From the IMG/VR virus record IMGVR_UViG_3300018411_000017: a stretch of 64,000 bases of DNA; one strand, written 5' to 3'. The notes under the pieces were generated by a model. The model was not told the origin of the DNA and did no database searches. It was given only the letters and a program-made list of their open reading frames with translations. The DNA is from a virus (lineage: Duplodnaviria > Heunggongvirae > Uroviricota > Caudoviricetes). Position 1 is the stretch's first letter. The number at the start of each line of letters is the position of its first letter. A program made the translations under genes and the position numbers. Shown here piece by piece: positions 26,101-34,613 of this stretch.

Positions 26101-26616
26101 TTATTTTCTTTTTTTTAAACAATCCATAGCGAATGGATAAGCTTCAGGATATAACTCTTTAATATCTTCAAGAATATCACAATCCAATAATTTAGATATA
26201 ATAGAAGAATGAGTACAAGTCATCTCTTCTGCATTAAGAGCCATAGCATTATTAAAACTTCTAAGAGAAGTCAATTCTTCTAAGCTTACTTCAAACTCAG
26301 GTTTGGACGGATTTATAGGATATCTTACAGTACCTTCATATTGAAACCTGTGATCTCCATTGACAAAAATTGCAGTAGTAGAAAATTTAGCCATAATTGG
26401 ATTAATACGAATTACATTGAGAATATCGTTATTTGACATTCCCTTAGTAATCGAATCGCTTAAAAGAGCTTTACGGAAAAAATCTTCATCTATTTTACTT
26501 AAAATTAAACCGTTAACAAAAGATCTACATTTATTTTTCAACCGATTATCCTTAATCATAAAAGATTTAGTCATATCATCAGCGATTTGAACCGCCAAAC
26601 TCATTGTCATTTTCAT
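26101..26616 (-). CDS. hypothetical protein
   Basis: 171-aa ORF. Confidence 0.5.
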   Translation of the reverse strand: MKMTMSLAVQIADDMTKSFMIKDNRLKNKCRSFVNGLILSKIDEDFFRKALLSDSITKGMSNNDILNVIRINPIMAKFSTTAIFVNGDHRFQYEGTVRYPINPSKPEFEVSLEELTSLRSFNNAMALNAEEMTCTHSSIISKLLDCDILEDIKELYPEAYPFAMDCLKKRK

Positions 26617-26647
26617 ATCTTAAAAGTTTTAATTGCTATAACAAATA

Positions 26648-27163
26648 CTAACTGTTTTTAGCCAAAGCCAATATGTTCTTAATCTCCATAACAGAAGGAG
26701 ACTCAACAGGAACACTAGCTCTTGCCATTTCCAAATATTTATAAGCTTCAGGAAACTCAGACTGAACCCTTTTATAAGTACCAAGCTTCAATAAGGTAGA
26801 CTCAATCTTATTAATTAAATCCATCTTAACCTTATAAAGAGCTTTTAACTCATCATGCAATGCCTTGATCTGAGCGAAAACTTTAGGAGAAACAGTAATT
26901 ACGGCCTGCTCACTAGGAAGCCTTCTACATTTTATATAGTTCAATCTGTTAACTCCATCTGATAAATTAACCTCACTCCTAGTAATAAAATACTTCGGAT
27001 ATTTCTTACTTATTTCCAATACTTCTATCGGAGTATTAGCAATAACTTCATCAGATACCATATCCAATAATTTAGACTCCAAAGGAGCAATCTTTGAATC
27101 ATATGCCGAATTAGACATCTCCTTAGAGATAATCTCGGCGATCTTTATTGTTATCTTTGACAT
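26648..27163 (-). CDS. hypothetical protein
   Basis: 171-aa ORF. Confidence 0.5.
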   Translation of the reverse strand: MSKITIKIAEIISKEMSNSAYDSKIAPLESKLLDMVSDEVIANTPIEVLEISKKYPKYFITRSEVNLSDGVNRLNYIKCRRLPSEQAVITVSPKVFAQIKALHDELKALYKVKMDLINKIESTLLKLGTYKRVQSEFPEAYKYLEMARASVPVESPSVMEIKNILALAKNS

Positions 27164-27182
27164 AATATTTATTTTAACTGTT

Positions 27183-27473
27183 TTACATAACTAAAAAATC
27201 GAAGCCTATCTCAATGTTAATCTCAGAGAAGTTTTTAATTACCTCATCCTGTATAGAAGTGATAACCAATGCCTCTCTGTCTTTAATCATCAAAGACCTA
27301 ATAATACCCTCTCTCGGAATGTTATCTGAGTTGTTGAAATAAAAACATTTTATACCATTTTTCTTAGAAACACAACGGTTCAAAGCATCCAATATCCTCT
27401 CGTCAATAATCTGCTCTAACGATATTAAGAAAAACTCTGTATGTAATGATTTCTGTTCGTGAAAACTTTCCAT
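27183..27473 (-). CDS. hypothetical protein
   Basis: 96-aa ORF. Confidence 0.45.
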   Translation of the reverse strand: MESFHEQKSLHTEFFLISLEQIIDERILDALNRCVSKKNGIKCFYFNNSDNIPREGIIRSLMIKDREALVITSIQDEVIKNFSEINIEIGFDFLVM

Positions 27474-27668
27474 TATTCTTTTTTTTTATACTTAATCATT
27501 CTTATCTATATCATAGGGCTCGCGCCGAAACCCGCACTAGCAAAGGGCTTGAGCGATTTTTGAGCTTGTTTTTGAAGCGGAAAAGTTGGGAGATGGTGAT
27601 AGCCACCATCCCTCAACCTCCCATTAAATTAACACAAATTAACTTAATGTAACTAATTAAAAACAAAC

Positions 27669-27851
27669 CTACTTATGAACTATTTCTGCCTCTATTATGA
27701 ATTTAATTGTTTCGAACGCAATGTCCGGATTTTGTTCGGCCTCCATAACAGATTTTATTAATTCCTTTTTAATATTGAAGTCATCGAGTTTAACTTGTTT
27801 GATTATTATTTTGTTATTCTCGACTTCGACTTGTAATGTTTCTATTTTCAT
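27669..27851 (-). CDS. hypothetical protein
   Basis: 60-aa ORF starting MKI; first gene of the minus-strand block. Confidence 0.4.
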   Translation of the reverse strand: MKIETLQVEVENNKIIIKQVKLDDFNIKKELIKSVMEAEQNPDIAFETIKFIIEAEIVHK

Positions 27852-27918
27852 ATTTATATTGGTTTTATTTTTTTTCTATTACGTATAGTTCTAGTACGTA
27901 TAGGTAAGTATAGTTAGT

Positions 27919-27967
27919 GTGTATCTGTTGCACTCGCTATCAATTATTGATGTATCTGTTGCACTCG
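27919..27967. repeat. two perfect 18-bp direct repeats TGTATCTGTTGCACTCGC
   Basis: Copies at 27919..27936 and 27950..27967 (31-bp spacing) in the divergent intergenic region; adjacent TACGTATAG x2 at 27879..27902. Confidence 0.8.
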
Positions 27968-28073
27968 CATTTTTTTTACAAATTTAATTCAGTATAAAAT
28001 AGCAGTCAAAAGATTCTTCTTTTGATGGGTATACTTCTGTATATTTGTATATTGTATACTTTAGTATCATGGA

Positions 28074-28142
28074 TGATATTTCGGTGTGCATAACTGATAT
28101 GTCATGTATCACAATTGATATTTCATGTATCATAACTGATAT
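28074..28142. repeat. iteron-like array: TGATAT hexamer four times at exact 21-bp spacing within TCATGTATCAnAAnTGATAT units
   Basis: TGATAT at 28074, 28095, 28116 and 28137; lies directly upstream of the wHTH gene 28240..28959. Confidence 0.75.
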
Positions 28143-28203
28143 GTTGTATTATATTTTATGTTTTATTAACATAATATATGAACGGTATATGAACAATAAT
28201 TAT

Positions 28204-28211
28204 TATATTTG
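28204..28211 (+). promoter_or_regulatory. Bacteroidetes-type -7 promoter element (TATATTTG)
   Basis: TAnnTTTG motif about 30 bp upstream of the ATG at 28240. Confidence 0.45.
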
Positions 28212-28239
28212 TATATTATTAATTCAAATATAATTTATT

Positions 28240-28959
28240 ATGGACGAACAAGAAGTAAAACAAAAGCCGAAATTCTTTTTACAACCAAATAAAAGCGCGC
28301 TATTACAATCTGGACTGCAATACCGTGACGTATTAACCTACGGAACGTTATTGTCTTTTTGCAATAAAAATTTAGAATGTTATCCCTCATTAAGATCTTT
28401 AGCTGAAAGATCTAAACTATCGGTTGGATTTCTATCTTCTTCAGTTGAAAGGTTGAAAAAAGCCAATTGGATAACTATTGAAAAGAAGTTAAACGGAAAA
28501 AGATCTTTTAATTATTATAAATGCAAACCGTTTGATGATTTTAAGATGGTTCCAATAGAAATCTTTGAGTCTGATTTACAAGCTGAAGATTTAGCAATAT
28601 TATTATGCATAAGGCAATTTTATTATGACGAAACGTTGATAACAGATATTAATATTGTAGAAATGTCTGATATACTTGGAGTATCTTATCCTACATTCTA
28701 TAGAAGATATGATATTCTTAAGAAGAAAGGATATATAACTATCAAAGTAAAAAATAATACATCTTTATCTAAATTAGAAGATAAAGACTTTGAGTGGAGG
28801 GTTAACATTGAGAAGAAGCTTAATGATACATATGATATGACTAAGAGAAATTCCGAAGAGATAGAGATGCTTAAAAATTTATTATATAAAACCATTAAAG
28901 CTGATAAGAAAGGTTCTAAGGAAGAATACTTTAAGTCACTGAAAAATAAGTCTGAATAA
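28240..28959 (+). CDS. DNA-binding protein with two wHTH-like domains (putative replication initiator or regulator)
   Basis: 239 aa; the two wHTH-like segments are SLRSLAERSKLSVGFLSSSVERLKKANWI and MSDILGVSYPTFYRRYDILKKKGYI; N-terminus is related to the N-terminus of the HNH protein at 32694; iterons lie upstream. Confidence 0.5.
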   Translation: MDEQEVKQKPKFFLQPNKSALLQSGLQYRDVLTYGTLLSFCNKNLECYPSLRSLAERSKLSVGFLSSSVERLKKANWITIEKKLNGKRSFNYYKCKPFDDFKMVPIEIFESDLQAEDLAILLCIRQFYYDETLITDINIVEMSDILGVSYPTFYRRYDILKKKGYITIKVKNNTSLSKLEDKDFEWRVNIEKKLNDTYDMTKRNSEEIEMLKNLLYKTIKADKKGSKEEYFKSLKNKSE

Positions 28960-29024
28960 TATCAAAAAGCGATGGGTCTCTTTATAAGAATATAGAACAT
29001 ATTACTTATCCCATCGCTTTTCTC

Positions 29025-29255
29025 CTATTTGTCATTGATATATAAATAAGCTAGATAGCCAGACATACAAACCGGTATTCCTATCCATACTATTAACAGA
29101 ATAACCATTAATGTATGGAATACAATCTCTCCAATGTTATTAAAATCCGCATGTGATATATATAATGAGACAAATAAATATCCCAAGTATATTAATCCTA
29201 CTGATATGATAAAGAATATTGCAGATAGTATCTTGCTAAAGATTCTCTGTTTCAT
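29025..29255 (-). CDS. small membrane protein (two TM)
   Basis: 76 aa, hydrophobic. Confidence 0.45.
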   Translation of the reverse strand: MKQRIFSKILSAIFFIISVGLIYLGYLFVSLYISHADFNNIGEIVFHTLMVILLIVWIGIPVCMSGYLAYLYINDK

Positions 29256-29524
29256 AGCTTATTCAGTTGATCCTTAACGGTGATAATTATCATACCAATC
29301 AGAAATGCTATACCCATTAGGTATAAAGCTATAATGATTGAGTAGAATAATATGAATCCTGCTAAGGTATCATAGAACTCGTTATTGGCAAGATCTACCT
29401 GAAGTAATGCTGGATTACTAATGATATGATCTATGTCAATACATGTAGTTATAAGAGCGACTGCAATGCTTATCGCACTTACCGCCATCCACGCGATGGC
29501 TATTATTCTGATCACATGTTTCAT
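29252..29524 (-). CDS. small membrane protein (three TM)
   Basis: 90 aa, hydrophobic. Confidence 0.45.
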   Translation of the reverse strand: MKHVIRIIAIAWMAVSAISIAVALITTCIDIDHIISNPALLQVDLANNEFYDTLAGFILFYSIIIALYLMGIAFLIGMIIITVKDQLNKL

Positions 29525-29739
29525 AACCTTTCTTTTTTCGTTTTCAGTTCTCTTAACCGATTAATTAGACTATCAGTAGGATAAACGCCATCGTTATACA
29601 ATAAAGCCTTCTCAGTGACATCTATGTCGATATCTAGCTGAACCTTATCCTTATAAGCTTTGACATCATCCTTGCTATTGCAAGATCCCACAACGCTAAC
29701 AATGCATAGGATTGTGATGAATAATAGTATATACCTCAT
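29521..29739 (-). CDS. small lipoprotein (paralog pair)
   Basis: 72 aa; lipobox VVGSC; C-terminal DSLINRLRELK is shared with the next ORF. Confidence 0.5.
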   Translation of the reverse strand: MRYILLFITILCIVSVVGSCNSKDDVKAYKDKVQLDIDIDVTEKALLYNDGVYPTDSLINRLRELKTKKERL

Positions 29740-29741
29740 AA

Positions 29742-29966
29742 TTATCTTATCTCTTTAAAGTATATACGATTTAATTCGTGCAATCTATCCATTAGACTAT
29801 CCTTTGGCAACGTGTTTAGCGTATCTGTCAGATAATACTCAGTCATCGCCATATCGGCGGTGATTTTCTCAAAGTAAAACTTTTTATACTTCTTCTGCTC
29901 TCTTGTCTCGCAAGAGGATAAAACAGCCATCATTAAGACAGCTATTACCAATGCAATGTATTTCAT
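29742..29966 (-). CDS. small lipoprotein (paralog pair)
   Basis: 74 aa; lipobox VLSSC; C-terminal DSLMDRLHELN. Confidence 0.5.
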   Translation of the reverse strand: MKYIALVIAVLMMAVLSSCETREQKKYKKFYFEKITADMAMTEYYLTDTLNTLPKDSLMDRLHELNRIYFKEIR

Positions 29967-30013
29967 ATCTTAAAAGTTAAAGTCAGCCCGAATTAACGGA
30001 CTGACATATGTTA

Positions 30014-30451
30014 TTAATCTATTACTACCACGTTACCACACTGATACTTCGCCCATCGTTCATATGAGCAGCAATCAGTCAAGATTTCATCAGATACACG
30101 ATCAAGAGCATTATTCTTGAATTCTTCAGCTAGTCCCTTTCTTTCAGCGTCCCACTTAGTTAGGAATTCTCCTTTGTGCTCAAGAGTTCTTACAACTCTT
30201 TGATAAGTGTAGCAAACTCTCATCTTAACCTTATTAAATGATTTAAAGGTTAAATTAATTTGGTCTCCGCTGAAAGGTTTTGCACTCTCTTTTATGACTG
30301 GTGTTGTATAAACTCCAGCTAATAAGGCAACGATATTATCAAACTCCTCTGAAGAGAAAGCTTCAGATTCTGACAATACTTCAACTACTGTAGCAACGTT
30401 GTTTTGGTCAACCATTTTGCTAACCAAAGCTTTAAATAATTCTTTGTTCAT
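30014..30451 (-). CDS. hypothetical protein
   Basis: 145-aa ORF. Confidence 0.5.
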   Translation of the reverse strand: MNKELFKALVSKMVDQNNVATVVEVLSESEAFSSEEFDNIVALLAGVYTTPVIKESAKPFSGDQINLTFKSFNKVKMRVCYTYQRVVRTLEHKGEFLTKWDAERKGLAEEFKNNALDRVSDEILTDCCSYERWAKYQCGNVVVID

Positions 30452-30541
30452 ATCTTATAAATTTTTAATTAGTTAATTTAAAAGTCGAGACCAGAGTGTA
30501 TCACTACAGTCTGATCCATAATGATTAATCAACATAATATT

Positions 30542-30814
30542 TTATCTAACTTTCTTTAGCTCGTTGAAAGCCTTCCTAGCGGCAATACCGCAAGGATATG
30601 GAAAGCTAGTGTCTTTATTTTTATCTTGGATAATAACATTATAACCGAACGCATGTTGCCCGGTTAAGGTAATGGTTCTACCCCATTTGTCTGTGAAAGA
30701 GTCTCTGACTCTTCGCTCACATCTCACTGGATTATATGTTCTCATATCTGTATTATTTAGAAGGGGAAAAAAGAAACCTAGAACTACAAGATAAATCTTG
30801 CTCTTATCCGACAA
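30542..30814 (-). CDS. hypothetical protein
   Basis: 90-aa ORF. Confidence 0.4.
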   Translation of the reverse strand: MSDKSKIYLVVLGFFFPLLNNTDMRTYNPVRCERRVRDSFTDKWGRTITLTGQHAFGYNVIIQDKNKDTSFPYPCGIAARKAFNELKKVR

Positions 30815-30919
30815 TTATTCTAGAATCATCCAGTGACGTGTTTATTTATACTCTATAACTGGACTAAGAGTTTAAAAGAGAGACTTTAATATTCGCCTCT
30901 CTCTATATTGTGTAATACT

Positions 30920-31099
30920 GCTATAAGTCGCAGTATTTTATTGTCTTTACCATCCTTTGAATTGGGCTTCTTTTGTCGCGATACACGACCTTTAGACCTT
31001 CAATTGTAGGATCAATTCCTACAACCTCGATGTCCCAATCTGAATGCGCAGGGATAGCCTGCAACATTTCTGTTATCTTAACGACTAATTCTTTTTGCA
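30920..31099 (-). CDS. small hypothetical protein (59 aa, below ORF-track threshold)
   Basis: ATG at 31099 (MQKELVVKITEMLQAIP...). On the minus strand it is followed by two hairpins: AATACTGC-tataagtc-GCAGTATT and AGAGAGAG..CTCTCT then TTTT. Confidence 0.35.
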
Positions 31100-32027
31100 T
31101 ATCTATAAGTTTTAATTAATTAATCTAAAAAAAATGAGTATCTCTAACACATATCGCCACTAAATAGAAAAGATTATACAGTTCTTATTTGCTTTGTATA
31201 TACCAACTTAATACTCTGAAGTTTAGGACAATTCTTACTAGTCCCTTTAGCCGAAACCCTTCTACGATTACAGAAACGGATTTCGTTGAATTCCTGTAAA
31301 AGAATTAATAGTAGATTCCACATCTTTAACACGTTTTGGGCATTAGCCCCACGCCAACTTGATGATATTCTACTACAGTTTATAAATTGTTGGATCTTCT
31401 TGATCCATGTCACCAGTCATCCTCTCAACTGGAGCAGTCATTTTTTTTATTACTACCAAAAATGACGGAAACTTAGCTAGACTAATCACTCCTGTCTAGG
31501 TTAATAGAGTGTTGCTTCGTTATTTATACTCTGAGCCAACCTGGAGCTTCAAGATAAACTTTTTAGGATTATCATGATATGTTTAAATGAGTATCTCTAA
31601 TTTAGCGCCTACAATTAGTAAGCGGTTATAACTTGATACTCTAAAGTTTAAGATGACAGTCATGACCACTGTCTAGATCCCAATCATTATCATAGGTTCA
31701 CTTTAATACGCAAACGATGTGGATAAACCATATTAAAGCTATACAATCTCTAACCCATAACCTTCCTAGGTGTTATAGCAACTTGATTGTCAATAGTTAA
31801 TTGATCTCTATACCTAAACAAATAAGTACAGAGAGATGACCTTTGGGTAGTCATCGTGAGGCCTATGCCAACCGGAAAACTTATTTATATGCCTGGGTAA
31901 AGACACGCTTATACCAGACTCCGTTGATCTTTTTCATAACTGTTCTTAATTATACTTGGTTATTCTTGGCCGGTTTCATACGGGAAGAACTATCAACAGC
32001 GTTAGCTGTTGACAGTCCTTAGACCGA

Positions 32028-32474
32028 TTACACGATAGTGTAATCAATCTTAATGATGCTACGGTCGTTAGCATCCCTTCCAAGGTTCTCGTACTGAGAA
32101 ACCTTGATAGTTTTGCCTACAAGAGAATTCTTAATAGTTCCGTAAGTCCCAAGGAGACCTCCTCTTTGCGCGGCCGACATATTCCTTTTCAAAGTTCCGA
32201 GGAAGATTCTCACAGGTAATCCAGTAGACGCCTCAGCAGCGTCAATCCAGATTACGTTTGCGTCAATCTTTTGTTTGACATTGTTTCTGGTTGTTTCAAT
32301 CTTACCCGCTTGAGACCCAAATCCAAGGATCTCGTAATCTTTTCCTGCCTCGATTTGGGCAAGACTAGTGGTGTTAAAGTCTTCCTTGACTTCTCCAGTA
32401 ACATCCTGGAGGAATGTTGGCTTAATACCAGCCAATAATGCCTTAGCGGCATCTTTTTTACCTTGTTCTAACAT
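32028..32474 (-). CDS. hypothetical protein
   Basis: 148-aa ORF. Confidence 0.5.
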   Translation of the reverse strand: MLEQGKKDAAKALLAGIKPTFLQDVTGEVKEDFNTTSLAQIEAGKDYEILGFGSQAGKIETTRNNVKQKIDANVIWIDAAEASTGLPVRIFLGTLKRNMSAAQRGGLLGTYGTIKNSLVGKTIKVSQYENLGRDANDRSIIKIDYTIV

Positions 32475-32651
32475 AATCTTTTTATTTAATTGTTAAAAAT
32501 CCTGGAGGAAAACTCTAAAATATTTTGGTTTCCAATCTCCAAAGTAGGGAGGGGGTGAAATACAAACAACCTCCACGGGTGTACTACAAACATGTTTTAC
32601 GCAATTAATTAATCTCTGGCATGATTTATTCTTTTATAAAAACATATTGCG

Positions 32652-32659
32652 TATATTTG
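32652..32659 (+). promoter_or_regulatory. Bacteroidetes-type -7 promoter element (TATATTTG)
   Basis: 34 bp upstream of the ATG at 32694. Confidence 0.45.
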
Positions 32660-32693
32660 CATTTAAAATTATTAATTAACAATAAGAAATATT

Positions 32694-33638
32694 ATGGGTA
32701 TTATAAAAAACAAACGGTTTAGTAATTTATTTATGTTATCGGCTTTAAGTTATTTTAAAGAAGATGATGGGTTCTGTTATTTTAGCAAAAAAGGCTTAAT
32801 AGAGACTTTTTGTTATAGTAAAAAAGATATTGTTTCAAGTAATTTAAAACATTTACAGAATATTGGTTTAATAGAAAATCATACAGTTAATGGATATTAT
32901 AACAAAATAAAGATACTTGATGATTCTATAGTTTGCTATGATTTTATGTTAAATAAAGATCTAACAATATATCAAAGGGGGTTTTTATATGCAATAAAAG
33001 ATCTAGATGTTCCATATGGCAAAAATAAATATCCTATTAAATATATATCGAGAAATCTGTCTACGGAAATTAAGCATACTGAATCTTATTTAAGTAGAAT
33101 AAGAAAAATTATAAATATTGAAGATTCTTTATTAAACAAAAAAATAGCTCATGGTATCATAAAGACAGATGCAGGTAATTTAGTAAAAAACGAATGCGGA
33201 TATAGGCTTTCATTTAAAGAATTAAAAGTTTGTAAATACTGCGGAGAGACTAATCAAGAGTCATTTTTTTATTTAACAAAAAATGTATGTAATAAATGCA
33301 TTGGATCTTATTCTATTGCGAGAGATGAATCTTATGCTGATTTATTGTATAAGAAATCAAAGTCAAGTCTTAAAAATAAGACATTTAATTACACGTTGAC
33401 CAGAGAATACATAATTGAGGTGTTAAAATCTCAAAATGGGAGATGTGCTTATTCTGGTATGGAGTTTAGTTTGCATGATAAAAGGTCCGCTCCAACTATC
33501 GATCGTATAGATTCGAGTAAGGGTTATGAGATTGGTAATATCGCAATTGTTAGATTAGATGTAAATATAATGAAGTCGAATTTAAGTTTTAGTGATTTTA
33601 AAATTTTAATAGATAACTTATTCCACAATCTATCATAA
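32694..33638 (+). CDS. HNH endonuclease with N-terminal wHTH domain (free-standing homing-endonuclease-like)
   Basis: C-terminal NGRCAYSGMEF...PTIDRIDSSKGYEIGNIAIV..VNIMKSN is an HNH motif; N-terminal FCYFSKKGLIETFCYSKKDIVSSNLKHLQNIGLI is wHTH-like and related to the 28240 protein. Confidence 0.65.
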   Translation: MGIIKNKRFSNLFMLSALSYFKEDDGFCYFSKKGLIETFCYSKKDIVSSNLKHLQNIGLIENHTVNGYYNKIKILDDSIVCYDFMLNKDLTIYQRGFLYAIKDLDVPYGKNKYPIKYISRNLSTEIKHTESYLSRIRKIINIEDSLLNKKIAHGIIKTDAGNLVKNECGYRLSFKELKVCKYCGETNQESFFYLTKNVCNKCIGSYSIARDESYADLLYKKSKSSLKNKTFNYTLTREYIIEVLKSQNGRCAYSGMEFSLHDKRSAPTIDRIDSSKGYEIGNIAIVRLDVNIMKSNLSFSDFKILIDNLFHNLS

Positions 33639-33783
33639 CCCCATTCTAATCCACTCTATCAAGTTTGAATTAATTCCTAATACAATTTACCCACAAAAAA
33701 TTATCATCTCTTAAATCGCTTTAAAATAAGCAATAGGGGGGTATATATTTTTATGTTTTATTTTATATAAAAAAATAAAATAT

Positions 33784-33791
33784 TATCTTTG
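33784..33791 (+). promoter_or_regulatory. Bacteroidetes-type -7 promoter element (TATCTTTG)
   Basis: 38 bp upstream of the ATG at 33830. Confidence 0.45.
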
Positions 33792-33829
33792 CATAATCAC
33801 GATGTTGTGATGTTTTAAAAGTTTACGTT

Positions 33830-34423
33830 ATGTATTTGAGTCAAATAAATAAGTTATTAAAGTTCTGTGGTCCATTTGGATTTGATGTTGTTTATGACGG
33901 TAATGTCATAGTATTTTCAAGAGAGTTAAGTGTTTTGTTGTTAGTCCCTGGTGTTAATGAGTATATATTGGATGATGGTAGTATATATGGCATTAATGAT
34001 ATTTACGACTTATTATATTTGTTGCGCCTTTTAGGCATTATAGATGACAATGACTACTCGTATTTATTATTTAGATCAGAGTTATTGTTTAAGGAGTCTG
34101 GTTATGTTTATTATATGGTTCAAAAGAGGTTGCCCGGTTTTTTTGTTAAGGAATTTTCTCTGGAGGAAATTTGTTCTGGTGAGACGTTTATTTATAAGTC
34201 AGAGGAGGGGGTTATGTTGCCGGCGTTTGATTATGAAGATTGGAATGGTGCTAATGCTCTTACGTTTGAGTTGGATGATTTTGATGGTGAGTATCAGGAT
34301 GGTCATATCGAGAGATATTTGAAAGAGTTCTTTTGTGGTAATATAGTTAAGGGATTAGCTGTTATTACTGGTTACGATGAAAGTTTTTTAATAAAAAGAT
34401 TAAGTTTCTTTTGGAGAGATTAA
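33830..34423 (+). CDS. hypothetical protein (compositionally atypical, GT-rich coding strand)
   Basis: 197-aa ORF; DNA is strikingly G+T-rich and C-poor compared with its neighbours. Confidence 0.5.
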   Translation: MYLSQINKLLKFCGPFGFDVVYDGNVIVFSRELSVLLLVPGVNEYILDDGSIYGINDIYDLLYLLRLLGIIDDNDYSYLLFRSELLFKESGYVYYMVQKRLPGFFVKEFSLEEICSGETFIYKSEEGVMLPAFDYEDWNGANALTFELDDFDGEYQDGHIERYLKEFFCGNIVKGLAVITGYDESFLIKRLSFFWRD

Positions 34424-34535
34424 AAAATGTATTATCTTTGTGAAGGTCATCTGATCGATTTCTTTTAATAGATGGGAGGTTGTTCATGTTGTTTTTCTTT
34501 TCATTGGTCAGATGGCCTATTGTTTTTTCTTTTCT

Positions 34536-34558
34536 CGCATCGGCGGATGCGATCTTTT
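34536..34558 (+). terminator. intrinsic terminator
   Basis: CGCATC-ggcg-GATGCG followed by ATCTTTTC. Confidence 0.5.
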
Positions 34559-34575
34559 CATAAATAAATAAATAA

Positions 34576-34613
34576 ACCCGGTCATGATAGCGTTCATGCC
34601 GGGTTTTCTTTTT
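34576..34613. terminator. bidirectional intrinsic terminator between convergent genes
   Basis: ACCCGG-(17-nt loop)-CCGGGT followed by TTTTCTTTTT on plus; A/T-rich run on the other side. Confidence 0.5.

Noticed and set aside
317-26590. Short plus-strand ORFs overlapping the minus-strand array (317..625, 1812..2051, 5920..6201, 7524..7730, 10204..10437, 11652..11882, 12743..12967, 13956..14171, 17049..17264, 19001..19183, 22407..22751, 24980..25165, 25690..25971, 26360..26590)
   Set aside because: Each is antisense to a longer, family-supported minus-strand gene and shows low-complexity, hydrophobic AT-rich translation; judged spurious.
28074-28142. Possible CRISPR-like array
   Set aside because: Only four units with a 21-bp period and no unique spacers of CRISPR length; no cas genes. 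Interpreted as iterons.
28045-28233. 62-aa plus-strand ORF (MYIVYFSIMDDISVCITDMSCITIDISCIITDM...)
   Set aside because: Its repetitive peptide is simply the translation of the TGATAT iteron array; more likely noncoding origin or operator DNA.
31174-31413. 79-aa minus-strand ORF in the ORF-poor block
   Set aside because: No start context like other genes, and it sits in a region rich in hairpins and repeats; more likely noncoding.
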